From Anaerohalosphaeraceae bacterium (GTDB lineage: Bacteria; Planctomycetota; Phycisphaerae; Sedimentisphaerales; Anaerohalosphaeraceae), in the NCBI GenBank assembly GCA_040306945.1, contig JAWRKM010000054.1, forward strand, positions 3,056 to 67,055: a stretch of 64,000 nucleotides of DNA. Direction: 5' to 3'. Numbering within the stretch: position 1 is the stretch's first letter; each line of letters opens with the position of its first letter. Below, piece after piece: positions 1 through 8,997 of this stretch. The position numbers and the translations under genes were made by a program. The notes beneath the pieces were generated by a model. The model made no database searches. It saw nothing but the letters and a program-made list of their open reading frames with translations, and was not told the DNA's origin.

Positions 1-2438
1 AGCTGGCCGCACAGGAAACCCGCATGGGAATCGCCGAGGACAAGGTGATTAAGAACCATTTTGCATCCGAATTTGTCTTTAACAAATTCAAAAACACGCC
101 CACCTGCGGCATCATCGAAGACGATGAGACCTTCGGCATCAAGAAGATTGCCGAACCAGTCGGGATTCTGGCGGGAATCATCCCCACAACCAACCCTACC
201 TCGACAGCCATCTTCAAGGCCCTGCTGGCATTGAAGACACGCAACGGCATCATCTTCTCACCGCACCCTCGTGCCAAACAGTGCACCATAGAAGCCGCCA
301 AAGTCGTTCTCCAGGCAGCAGTGGAGGCTGGTGCCCCGCAGGACATCATCGGATGGATCGCGGAGCCCACCGTAGAACTGAGCAATCAGTTGATGACCCA
401 TCCGCTGGTCAATATGATCCTGGCTACCGGCGGCCCGGGTATGGTCCGTGCGGCCTACTCTTCCGGCAAGCCCGCCGTGGGTGTGGGGGCAGGCAACACC
501 CCCGCCGTCATCGACGAAACTGCCGACATCCAAATGGCCGTCAACTCCATCCTGCTGAGTAAAACCTTTGACAATGGCATGATTTGTGCCTCAGAGCAGT
601 CGGTTGTCGTGGTAGAGGCTGTCTATGAACAAGTTCGCAATGAATTCCTGCGTCGCGGTTCCTATATCGTCAAAGGCAAAGAAAAGACGGCCCTCGGTCA
701 GACCATTGTCAAGGACGGCAAGCTGAATTCGGCTATCGTCGGACAATCCGCACACAAAATCGCCCAATTGGCGGGCTTCAATGTGCCGGAAGAAACCAAA
801 ATTCTGATTGCTGAAGTCGAAACCGTCGGCGTAACCGAGCCGTTCAGCTTCGAAAAACTTTCGCCAGTACTGGCGATGTACCGTGTCCCTGCATTTGAGG
901 ATGCCGTCAGGGTCGCTGCCAGACTCGTCGAGTTCGGGGGCATGGGCCACACCGCCGTGCTGTATACCGATGAAGCCAACGACAACCGCATCGAGGTCTT
1001 CGGTCGGCATCTGTCCACGGCACGCGTCCTGATTAATCAGCCCTCCAGTCATGGCGCGATTGGCGATATTTACAATTTCCGTCTGGAACCGTCGCTGACA
1101 CTCGGATGCGGAAGCTGGGGCGGCAACAGCATCTCCGAAAACGTTGGCGTCAAGCACCTGCTGAATATCAAAACCGTTTCCGAACGGCGTGAAAACATGC
1201 TGTGGTTCCGCGTCCCGCCGAAAGTCTATTTCAAACGCGGCTGCCTGCCGATTGCCCTGTCGGACCTGGCGGGCAAAAAGAAGGCTTTTATCGTGACTGA
1301 TAAGCCGCTGTTTGAACTCGGAATGACTGACAGAGTGACCCAGATCCTGGAACAAATGGGTATCGAAAGTGACATCTTCTATGAAGTCAAACCCGACCCG
1401 GATCTAAGCACAATTCACAAAGGCGTTGAGCAGATGAACGTCTTTGGGCCGGATGTAATTATCGCTCTGGGCGGCGGAAGTCCCATGGATGCGGCCAAGA
1501 TTATGTGGCTGCAATACGAACATCCCGGCGTAGAGTTTGAAGACCTCGCCATGCGGTTCATGGACATTCGCAAACGCGTATACCAGTTCCCAAAACTCGG
1601 CCAAAAGGCAATCCTCGTGGCGATTCCAACCACCTCCGGTACCGGCAGTGAAGTGACGCCGTTTGCCGTGGTTACCGATGACCAGACTGGCCGGAAGTAC
1701 CCGATTGCTGACTATGAGCTGACACCCAACATGGCAATTGTCGATTCCGAGCTGGTGATGAGCATGCCCAAGACCCTGACCGCCTATTCCGGTATTGATG
1801 CAATGACCCACGCGATTGAGGCGATTGCGGCGGTGACGGCCACCGACTATACCAACAGCCTGGCGCTGGAAGCCATTCGCATCCTGATGAAATACCTGCC
1901 GCGTGCCTACAAAAACGGCGCCAAGGATGAGCTGGCCCGCGAAAAAGTACACAACGCCGCGACGATGGCGGGAATGGCCTTCGCCAATGCCTTCCTCGGG
2001 TTGTGCCACTCAATGGCCCACAAACTGGGGGCCATGTTCCATCTGCCCCACGGCCTGGCCAATGCCCTGCTGATTAATGAGGTCATTCGCTACAATGCCA
2101 CCGACGCACCGCGCAAGCAGACGGCCTTCCCGCAGTACGAATACCCCAACGCCAAGGCCCGCTATGCCCGTATCGCCCGGTATCTGGAACTGCCCGGTGC
2201 TAACGATGACCAGCTTGTCGAAAGCCTGATCGGAGCTATCAACAAGCTCAAATACGAACTGGACATCCCAGCCTGCATCAAAAACGCCGGCGTAGACGAA
2301 AAGACATTCATGAACAGCCTTGACGAGCTTAGCGAAATGGCCTTCGACGACCAGTGTACTGGGGCTAACCCGCGATATCCCTTATTCGGCGAGATTAAAC
2401 AGTTGTATATTCAGGCGTTCAATCCTCCTAAACGCTAA
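1..2438 (+). CDS. adhE: Bifunctional acetaldehyde-CoA/alcohol dehydrogenase, 5'-truncated by the window edge
   Basis: Frame is open upstream of the Met at 24 (LAAQETRMG). ALDH motifs (TTNPTST, GVGAGN, FDNGMICASEQ, LTLGCGSWGGN) are followed by Fe-ADH motifs (GGGSPMDAAK, PTTSGTGSE, GLCHSMAHKLG). Confidence 0.97.
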   Translation, partial: LAAQETRMGIAEDKVIKNHFASEFVFNKFKNTPTCGIIEDDETFGIKKIAEPVGILAGIIPTTNPTSTAIFKALLALKTRNGIIFSPHPRAKQCTIEAAKVVLQAAVEAGAPQDIIGWIAEPTVELSNQLMTHPLVNMILATGGPGMVRAAYSSGKPAVGVGAGNTPAVIDETADIQMAVNSILLSKTFDNGMICASEQSVVVVEAVYEQVRNEFLRRGSYIVKGKEKTALGQTIVKDGKLNSAIVGQSAHKIAQLAGFNVPEETKILIAEVETVGVTEPFSFEKLSPVLAMYRVPAFEDAVRVAARLVEFGGMGHTAVLYTDEANDNRIEVFGRHLSTARVLINQPSSHGAIGDIYNFRLEPSLTLGCGSWGGNSISENVGVKHLLNIKTVSERRENMLWFRVPPKVYFKRGCLPIALSDLAGKKKAFIVTDKPLFELGMTDRVTQILEQMGIESDIFYEVKPDPDLSTIHKGVEQMNVFGPDVIIALGGGSPMDAAKIMWLQYEHPGVEFEDLAMRFMDIRKRVYQFPKLGQKAILVAIPTTSGTGSEVTPFAVVTDDQTGRKYPIADYELTPNMAIVDSELVMSMPKTLTAYSGIDAMTHAIEAIAAVTATDYTNSLALEAIRILMKYLPRAYKNGAKDELAREKVHNAATMAGMAFANAFLGLCHSMAHKLGAMFHLPHGLANALLINEVIRYNATDAPRKQTAFPQYEYPNAKARYARIARYLELPGANDDQLVESLIGAINKLKYELDIPACIKNAGVDEKTFMNSLDELSEMAFDDQCTGANPRYPLFGEIKQLYIQAFNPPKR

Positions 2439-2470
2439 CCCTTTTGGCTCTCGCCGATGTTCTATAGTAT

Positions 2471-2497
2471 GGCCGGACCTTGTGTTCGGCCTTTTTT
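2471..2497 (+). terminator. Intrinsic terminator after adhE
   Basis: Stem GGCCGGAC / GTTCGGCC (8 bp, one G-U) with 5-nt loop, followed by TTTTTT. Confidence 0.85.
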
Positions 2498-2519
2498 ATT
2501 TTGTGGCATTATGGCTTGA

Positions 2520-2528
2520 TGCTATACT
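2520..2528 (+). promoter_or_regulatory. Extended -10 promoter of the cupin gene (leaderless layout)
   Basis: TGC-TATACT ends 6 nt before ATG 2535; no Shine-Dalgarno sequence. Confidence 0.55.
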
Positions 2529-2534
2529 GCTGCA

Positions 2535-3044
2535 ATGATGAAAAGCTATACGGCACAACAGATTATTGACCACTTTGGCATGCAGCCGCTGGGACAGGAA
2601 GGCGGCTGGTTCGTGGAGACCTATCGGGCCGCCGAGAAAATCGCCAGGACCGGTCTGGACAGCCGCTATCCCGGCGACCGCTGCCACTGCACGGATATTT
2701 TGTATCTATTAACTCCGGAGTCGTCCTCGAAGATGCACCGCGTCCGCAGTGACGAAATATTCCACTATCACCTCGGCGATCCGGCCCGGATGCTGTGGCT
2801 GTGCCCGGATGGAACCAGCCGCGAAATTATTATCGGTCCCGACATCCTGCACGGCCAGCAGGTCCAGGTCATTGTCCCCCGCGGAACATGGCAGGGAGCA
2901 CGGCTTATCGACGCCGGCCGGTGGTGCCTGATGAGCTGCACCGTCGCGCCCGGATTCGAATACGAAGACTACGAGCACGGCAGACCGGAAGACTTAATCG
3001 CACGCTGGCCCCAGCGAAAAAATGATATACTGCAACTTACATAA
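2535..3044 (+). CDS. Cupin domain protein (DUF985/Cupin_5-like)
   Basis: MQPLGQEGGWFVETYR, HRVRSDEIFHYHLGDP, QVIVPRGTWQGA and MSCTVAPGFEY match the DUF985 cupin pattern. Confidence 0.85.
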   Translation: MMKSYTAQQIIDHFGMQPLGQEGGWFVETYRAAEKIARTGLDSRYPGDRCHCTDILYLLTPESSSKMHRVRSDEIFHYHLGDPARMLWLCPDGTSREIIIGPDILHGQQVQVIVPRGTWQGARLIDAGRWCLMSCTVAPGFEYEDYEHGRPEDLIARWPQRKNDILQLT

Positions 3045-3065
3045 AAACCCGACACGCTCAAGACC

Positions 3066-3761
3066 ATGGAACATAACGAATCCCAGTCAGATATTCGCAA
3101 AACACGACGGCGGTTATTAATCCGTGCAGGCCTGTTCTATGTTATCCTGGCAATGCTTCTGTTGATGCCTGCAGGGACCATTCGCTATTGGCAAGCGTGG
3201 CTTTATTATGGTTTCATTTCCATCCCGTCTTTGGCCACACTGGTGTATTTATGGAAACATGACCCCGCTCTGCTATCGCGGCGTGCCCGAAAACGCGAAA
3301 AACAAAAGACACAGCAATGGATCGTCCGGCTGATGGGCTTTCTATTTTCCGCAGGCCTGATAATTGCTGGCCTGGACCATCGCCACCAGGGGTCGGCTGT
3401 CCCGACGGCACTGGTTGTTATAGCCGATGTGTTTGTCTTTCTGGGCTATACAATGATCTTTTTCGTCTTCCGTGAAAATACCTATGCCTCACGCATCATC
3501 GAAGTCGAACAGGGACAGCAGGTCATCTCCACAGGCCCCTATGCTCTGGTTCGCCACCCGATGTATCTGGGAGCCATCGTTTTTTATCTGTTTACCCCGC
3601 TGGCACTCGGCTCCTTCTGGGCGTTAATTCCCTTTGCCCTCCTGCCGCCGTTGATCGTGTTCAGGCTCTTGCAGGAAGAAATCCTGCTGCGAGACCAGTT
3701 GCCGGGCTATCAGGACTACTGCCAAAAAACACAGTATCGCCTAATCCCGCTTATCTGGTGA
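3066..3761 (+). CDS. Isoprenylcysteine carboxyl methyltransferase (ICMT/PEMT) family membrane protein
   Basis: Several hydrophobic helices; GPYALVRHPMY motif; C-terminal EEILL...GY..Y...T.YRLIP. Confidence 0.85.
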   Translation: MEHNESQSDIRKTRRRLLIRAGLFYVILAMLLLMPAGTIRYWQAWLYYGFISIPSLATLVYLWKHDPALLSRRARKREKQKTQQWIVRLMGFLFSAGLIIAGLDHRHQGSAVPTALVVIADVFVFLGYTMIFFVFRENTYASRIIEVEQGQQVISTGPYALVRHPMYLGAIVFYLFTPLALGSFWALIPFALLPPLIVFRLLQEEILLRDQLPGYQDYCQKTQYRLIPLIW

Positions 3762-4001
3762 GCTGATTATTAGCGGAAAATGCTTGTCCCTGTCCCCAAG
3801 TAAACGCCGACCAATAATCCCATCAGCAGTTTACATAACTTATCGGGGTATTGAATAAGATACTTCAACTCTGCAAAATGGCCCCCAAAAGCGGATTATC
3901 AGAGACTGGTATGGCCCTTCAAAAAAACGAGGATATTATATAAATCTCTATGTTTGCGGGTTGTTACAGAGCAACACCAATTCAAGACAACTCTTGTCCA
4001 A

Positions 4002-4075
4002 TGGGCGATACAGGACTCGAACCTGTGACCTCACGGGTGTGATCCGTGCGCTCTAACCAACTGAGCTAAACGCCC
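4002..4075 (-). tRNA. tRNA-Val (anticodon CAC), no encoded CCA
   Basis: Minus strand folds as GGGCGTT acceptor, GCTC/GAGC D arm, CACGG-ATCACAC-CCGTG anticodon arm, ACAGG-TTCGAGT-CCTGT T arm, ATCGCCC-A. Confidence 0.95.
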
Positions 4076-4087
4076 GAAAGAAAATAA

Positions 4088-4116
4088 TTTATATAGCCAA
4101 AATCCGGCTCTGTCAA
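4088..4116 (-). promoter_or_regulatory. Sigma70-type promoter of tRNA-Val
   Basis: Minus strand TTGACA-17 bp-TATAAA directly upstream of the tRNA. Confidence 0.6.
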
Positions 4117-4191
4117 GAGGTTTGTGGACAAGGATTATAATATAGCAATTTATGCATCCTTACCCTATCCACTATCCTGGCTATTCAATCT

Positions 4192-5259
4192 TTATACATT
4201 AAAGCGGAAATTGATGATGTCACCGTCCTGAACGACATAGGCCTTGCCTTCAAGCCGCATTTTGCCGGCCGCTTTGACACTTTTTTCGTCGCCAAGCTGT
4301 TTAAGGTCGTTGTAGGCCATGGTCTCGGCACGGATGAAGCCGCGTTTGATATCACTGTGAATCTTGCCAGCGGCGTCAAGCGCCGTCGTTCCAGCGGTAA
4401 TGGGCCAGGCTCGAACTTCATCTTTGCCAACCGTCAGAAAGCTGATCAGGCCGAGGGTTTTGTAGCAACTCTGGACGAATTTGATGGAAGCCGGCTCTTT
4501 GAGACCAAGATCGGCCATGAATTCCTTACGGCTTTCCGGATCCAGGCTGGCCAGCTCGCTTTCGATTTTAGCACAAAGCTGAACAATTTCGACGCCGGGG
4601 GCAACCCTGGACAAATCAATAGGCTTGTCGATCTGGTCTTCGCCAACATTGACAACAACCATCATGGGACGCAGTGTCAGAAAGCCCAGTGGCTTAATAA
4701 TCTCCAGTTCATGATCGCTTTGGATAACGCTCCTGACAGGCTGTTCAGATTCGAGGGCTTTTTGCAGTTTCAATTGCAATTCCAGCTCAGCCTTATCCTG
4801 AGCCTGGGTCTTGGTGGGTTTGTTGACCTGTTTCTCGAGGCGTTCGATGCGGGTGGTGACCAGCTCAAGATCAGCCAGCAGGAATTCGGTGCGAAGCTCC
4901 TCGAGGTCTTTGGCTGGATCGATACGTTCACGATACGCAGGCACTGAATCATTGGCGAACGCCCTTACCACCAGCACAAACATGTCCACGGTACGGATGT
5001 TGCCGAACAACTTGCGTGCAGCGGCTCTGCCATGCTCATCCGCAAAAGATACTCCCGGCAAATCGAGACAGTCCACAGTTCCGGGGACAAGCTTGTTGGG
5101 TTGATACAGATTGTTCAGCCAATCGAGCCGCTCATCGGGTACCGGCACAATCTGTTCATGGATTTCAGTGGACCCCATCATCGCCGGGGCTTTGCCGGAA
5201 ATAGCGGATAAGATCGTACTCTTGCCGGATTGGGGCAGGCCAATTAATGCAACTTTCAT
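4192..5259 (-). CDS. ychF: YchF/Ola1-family ATPase (divergent copy)
   Basis: P-loop GLPQSGKST, PVPDERL, LISFLTVGKDEVRAW, AAGKIHSDIKRGFIRAE, EGKAYVVQDGDIINFRFNV. Confidence 0.9.
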   Translation of the reverse strand: MKVALIGLPQSGKSTILSAISGKAPAMMGSTEIHEQIVPVPDERLDWLNNLYQPNKLVPGTVDCLDLPGVSFADEHGRAAARKLFGNIRTVDMFVLVVRAFANDSVPAYRERIDPAKDLEELRTEFLLADLELVTTRIERLEKQVNKPTKTQAQDKAELELQLKLQKALESEQPVRSVIQSDHELEIIKPLGFLTLRPMMVVVNVGEDQIDKPIDLSRVAPGVEIVQLCAKIESELASLDPESRKEFMADLGLKEPASIKFVQSCYKTLGLISFLTVGKDEVRAWPITAGTTALDAAGKIHSDIKRGFIRAETMAYNDLKQLGDEKSVKAAGKMRLEGKAYVVQDGDIINFRFNV

Positions 5260-5308
5260 TCAAACTACCTCATATTGTTATCGATTTATTATTGGAAACC
5301 AAAGCTGG

Positions 5309-5845
5309 TTACAGATTGTAAACAGTATTGCCATACGCATCATACGCAACCACAGCTGGAAAATCCCTCAATGTGAGCCTGCGGACGGCTTCAGCACCCA
5401 GGTCTTCATAGGCGACCAGTTCGCTCGCGACAATGTGTTTGCTGAGCAGTGCCCCCGCCCCGCCGAGCGTGGACAAGTGAACTGCGGTGTGCTGCTGCAG
5501 AGCCTGCCGTACTTCGGAACTGCGGTAGCCTTTGCCCAACGTAGCCTTAAGGCCCTGTGAGTAGAGCATCGGACTGAAGGCGTCCATCCGGCTGGAGGTG
5601 GTCGGTCCTGCAGCTCCGATAACCTGGCCGGGCCTGGCGGGTGTCGGACCGACAAAATAGATCATCGCTCCACAAATGTCAAATGGCAATGGCTGCCCCT
5701 GCTCAATCAGGGCACATAACCGCTTATGGGCCTGATCCCGGGCAGCATAGACATAGCCGCTGATCCGGACTTCATCGCCAGCCCGCAAGGCTTTGACGTC
5801 CGCATCATCCAGTGGAGTCTGTAATTGTATGGATTTTATGGTCAT
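5309..5845 (-). CDS. Fe-S hydro-lyase (class I fumarate hydratase/tartrate dehydratase) beta subunit
   Basis: LRAGDEVRISG...ARDQAHKRL, GPTTSSRMD, LGKGYR and DFPAVVAYDAYG are typical of the TtdB/FumA C-terminal domain. Confidence 0.9.
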   Translation of the reverse strand: MTIKSIQLQTPLDDADVKALRAGDEVRISGYVYAARDQAHKRLCALIEQGQPLPFDICGAMIYFVGPTPARPGQVIGAAGPTTSSRMDAFSPMLYSQGLKATLGKGYRSSEVRQALQQHTAVHLSTLGGAGALLSKHIVASELVAYEDLGAEAVRRLTLRDFPAVVAYDAYGNTVYNL

Positions 5846-5994
5846 GGCTCAATTATTCATATTAAAGATAAAAGTTTGCGTCTATTTTAGCAAATTTTTC
5901 GCGTTTTTCGACTGAAAACTGAAGATTCTAACCTTGAAGTTGTATTTTTTGACGAATTAACCCATTTTTTTGCTCTGGACATCCCAAAACGGGT

Positions 5995-6000
5995 TATAAT
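5995..6000 (+). promoter_or_regulatory. Consensus -10 box upstream of the siroheme-synthase-like gene (leaderless layout)
   Basis: TATAAT ends 6 nt before ATG 6007; no SD; no clear -35 at 17 bp. Confidence 0.5.
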
Positions 6001-6006
6001 ATGAGT

Positions 6007-6648
6007 ATGGCTAAATATCCAATCTATCTTGAATTGTCAAACCGCCGGACGGTTGTCATAGGCGGGGGAACGGTAGCCCTGCGGAAAACACAATCACTGG
6101 TTGAAGCCGGAGCACGTGTAACAGTCGTTGCTGAACATGTACCGGCCAATATGGTATCCGCATTTAACCTGCCTAATGTGAAATTGGTTATAAGTACTTA
6201 CAGGAAAGATTATCTGGTGGGTGCGGTTTTGTGTATTGCCGCAACCAATGATATGGCAGTGAATAAACAGATCTACGCAGACTGCCAGGAACTCGAGATT
6301 TTGTGCAATGTCGTGGATCAGCCGGAGTTATGCGATTTTTACGTCCCGGCGGTGGTTAAACGGGGTAATTTACAAATTGCTATCGGGACCGACGGCAATT
6401 GTCCAGCCTATGCAGGGCATATACGGAAAAAGCTTGAGGAGCTCTTTACCGAGACCCATGGGCGGTTTGTCGAAGAATTGGAAAAAGTCCGGCGGCATGT
6501 CATCGTGGAAATCCCCAATCCTGACCATCGCAAGATTCTATTAGGCGATCTGGCCAGCGACGAATCCTTCGAATATTTCAGCGCCTATGGTGCCGAACAG
6601 TGGCACCGGCACTGCCGCGAACAAATTCATAAAATCCAGCAGAGCTAA
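6007..6648 (+). CDS. Precorrin-2 dehydrogenase/sirohydrochlorin ferrochelatase (CysG N-terminal/Met8p-like)
   Basis: YPIYLEL, VVIGGGTVALRK, CNVVDQPELCDFYVPAVVKRGNLQIAIGTDG. The ORF track starts at 6001; 6007 is preferred. Confidence 0.9.
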   Translation: MAKYPIYLELSNRRTVVIGGGTVALRKTQSLVEAGARVTVVAEHVPANMVSAFNLPNVKLVISTYRKDYLVGAVLCIAATNDMAVNKQIYADCQELEILCNVVDQPELCDFYVPAVVKRGNLQIAIGTDGNCPAYAGHIRKKLEELFTETHGRFVEELEKVRRHVIVEIPNPDHRKILLGDLASDESFEYFSAYGAEQWHRHCREQIHKIQQS

Positions 6649-6687
6649 CCGCTCAGGCCGCCCGGCCAAGGGGACCCGTCGCCTCCG

Positions 6688-7104
6688 TTATTTGGATTTT
6701 AAGATATCCCGGATTTCAGTCAGCAGCAATTCTTCTTTAGTCGGAGCCGGCGGCGGCGTCGGTTTGGCTTCTTCTTTCTTCTTAGCCATATTCATGACTT
6801 TGACCATCGCAAATACCGCAACAGCAACAATCAGAAAATTGACTATCGTATTGATAAACATCCCATAGCCCAATGTCACCGCAGCCACCTCTTTACCGGC
6901 GGCGTCTTTGGTTGCTTCCCGCAGCACAAGGCTCATCTGAGAGAAATCCATCTTGCCCAGAAGTATCCCAATGGGCGGCATCAGGATATCACTGACCAGC
7001 GAATTGACAATTTTGCCGAAAGCGGCACCAATAATGATGCCAACGGCCATGTCCATCACGTTACCGCGCATAGCAAATGTTTTGAATTCCTGCCATAAGC
7101 TCAT
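6688..7104 (-). CDS. mscL: Large-conductance mechanosensitive channel
   Basis: EFKTFAMRGNVMDMAVGIIIGAAFGKIVNSLVSD and LLTEIRDIL. Start placed at MSLWQ. Confidence 0.96.
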   Translation of the reverse strand: MSLWQEFKTFAMRGNVMDMAVGIIIGAAFGKIVNSLVSDILMPPIGILLGKMDFSQMSLVLREATKDAAGKEVAAVTLGYGMFINTIVNFLIVAVAVFAMVKVMNMAKKKEEAKPTPPPAPTKEELLLTEIRDILKSK

Positions 7105-7258
7105 AATTTGCCCTTTCAAGATAAGCGTTGTCTGGATATGCTTGATTTACACTTGTTAAATAACCCAACCTCTTAAACTGTATCCAGTGTATTCGATATT
7201 ATTCCCCTGTAAAGCCTAATTTTGGGGAAATAATCACAAGGACTGGCCGGAAAATGTC

Positions 7259-7287
7259 TTTACAAAATCCCTGTTTTTAGATATATT
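7259..7287 (+). promoter_or_regulatory. Sigma70-type promoter of tRNA-Thr
   Basis: TTTACA-17 bp-TATATT ending 10 nt before the tRNA. Confidence 0.6.
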
Positions 7288-7297
7288 AAATGTTTTC

Positions 7298-7369
7298 GCC
7301 GAGGTAGCTCAACGGTAGAGCACGGCTTTCGTAAAGCCGGGGTTGTGGGTTCAAATCCCATCTTCGGCT
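7298..7369 (+). tRNA. tRNA-Thr (anticodon CGT), no encoded CCA
   Basis: GCCGAGG/CTTCGGC acceptor, GCTC/GAGC D arm, CGGCT-TTCGTAA-AGCCG anticodon arm, GTGGG-TTCAAAT-CCCAT T arm. Confidence 0.95.
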
Positions 7370-7442
7370 TTGATAAAAGTTCGGTACTTTGAGTTCTTAG
7401 TTCATAGTAATTCCGATATCACCAGTATTTATATATATATTG

Positions 7443-8276
7443 ATGTCCCCAATTTCCCACGACAAATTAAGCATTCTTCGACAGAAATTGTCCGGCCTGA
7501 AACGTGTTTTGATCGCTTTTTCAGGCGGGGTAGATAGCAGTTTTCTGCTGAAAGTCGCCGTGGACACACTGGGGGCCTCCAATGTGCTGGCCTGTATCGG
7601 GATCAGCGGCTCGCTATCCAGCCATCAGTTGGCTCAGGCACGCGAAATTGCCCGGCTGGTTGGGTGTCGGCTGGAAGAAATTCCGGTCGATGAGATGGAG
7701 AACGACGCTTACCGGGCCAATAACGCAGACCGGTGTTTTCATTGCAAAAGCCGCTTATACAAATTATGTACTGAAAAAGCCCGGCAGGAACGATTTGAAT
7801 ATGTCCTGTGCGGGGCCAATTTTGACGACAAAGACGATTACCGCCCCGGGCACCATGCGGCGGAAGAGTTTGGGGTACTCAGCCCGCTGATGGATGCGGA
7901 GATAACCAAGACAGAAATTCGGGAATACAGCCGCCAACTGGGTCTGCCGACGGCGGACTTGCCGGCCTCACCGTGCCTGGCCAGCCGGGTGGCTTACGGA
8001 ATGGAGATAACGCCGGAAAAACTGGCCCAGGTGGAAAAGGCCGAGGAGCTGTTGCGCAGGCTGGGATTTGTGGAATTTCGGGTTCGACATCACGGGGTCA
8101 TCGCCCGGATTGAAGTCCGGCCGGACGATTTCGAGAAAATTACCAGCGAATCGGTTCGCAGGCAGATTGTGGATGAACTGAAGACCATCGGATTCAGCTA
8201 TGTCGCCCTCGATTTGCAGGGCTTCCGCAGCGGCTCGATGAACGAAGGACTGTCAACAGAGCAGAAAATGCACTAA
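7443..8276 (+). CDS. larE: LarE-family ATP-dependent sulfur transferase (PP-loop)
   Basis: PP-loop AFSGGVDS, RCFHCK, DDYRPG, SPCLASRVAYG, FRVRHHG, GFRSGSMN. Confidence 0.9.
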   Translation: MSPISHDKLSILRQKLSGLKRVLIAFSGGVDSSFLLKVAVDTLGASNVLACIGISGSLSSHQLAQAREIARLVGCRLEEIPVDEMENDAYRANNADRCFHCKSRLYKLCTEKARQERFEYVLCGANFDDKDDYRPGHHAAEEFGVLSPLMDAEITKTEIREYSRQLGLPTADLPASPCLASRVAYGMEITPEKLAQVEKAEELLRRLGFVEFRVRHHGVIARIEVRPDDFEKITSESVRRQIVDELKTIGFSYVALDLQGFRSGSMNEGLSTEQKMH

Positions 8277-8282
8277 TGCGTA

Positions 8283-8945
8283 TTACTCTTCTTGCTCTTT
8301 TGGACGGCGGCAAAAAATGGCTGTGCAGGTGTAATAAAAAATAATAGCGACTGCAAGAGGGATAATTACTCCCAGCAGGACATTTTTATCATCGCCTTGC
8401 TGCGTTGTCTTTTTCTCATATTCAAACCATGCGGCGCCAATACTGCCCCACAGGTAGAATGACAGCCATGTGAAATAGGTACGCCAGGCTGAAGCCCTTT
8501 TTGACCAGTCTTCATTCATTTGAATATTCAGCAAAAGGCTCAGTTTATATTTTATCAGATAAAAGCCGGCTCCTGCCGCGCATAATGATAGAAATTGGCC
8601 TAACAACTCAAGGCGATACACATGCTGTTTGTCGAGGGAATCGAATAGATCATTCAAGAGCACGCCGGATATAATAAACCCCAGAATTGCCACAATCCAG
8701 GCCAAATGATTCATGGCGGAGACAGATGGGCCGGTCCACATCAGATAGGCATCGCGAAGGCTAAAATAACTGAAAATAAAAAAGGGCACCGCAAAAATCA
8801 GCAGAAACAAGGATTTGCCGGATACACTGCCAAACAATGATGTTCCAGCCATCCATAACGAAATCGTCCCCAGGCTCAGCAGAGCGAAAGCAATTCCCCG
8901 GGAAATGACTTTCACCCGAAAGTTTTCCGTCAACGGCAATGTCAT
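8283..8945 (-). CDS. Hypothetical multi-pass membrane protein
   Basis: About six hydrophobic segments; SD AAGGAG precedes ATG 8945; AT-richer than its neighbours; no recognisable family. Confidence 0.6.
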   Translation of the reverse strand: MTLPLTENFRVKVISRGIAFALLSLGTISLWMAGTSLFGSVSGKSLFLLIFAVPFFIFSYFSLRDAYLMWTGPSVSAMNHLAWIVAILGFIISGVLLNDLFDSLDKQHVYRLELLGQFLSLCAAGAGFYLIKYKLSLLLNIQMNEDWSKRASAWRTYFTWLSFYLWGSIGAAWFEYEKKTTQQGDDKNVLLGVIIPLAVAIIFYYTCTAIFCRRPKEQEE

Positions 8946-8997
8946 AAGGTTCTCCTTCCCCAAAATGTCTATGCCATATCCATCACTGAGTCTTCGC

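Noticed and set aside
4122-4130. DnaA-box-like TGTGGACAA
   Set aside because: It is a single imperfect box with no cluster and no dnaA context, so not an origin.
7134-7161. dif-like site ending in TGTTAAAT
   Set aside because: Only the XerD-like arm partly matches (8 of 11); the XerC arm and the inner TAA/TTA symmetry are absent.
7298-8945. Genomic island integrated at tRNA-Thr
   Set aside because: No integrase and no duplicated tRNA 3' end was found; larE has host-like composition.
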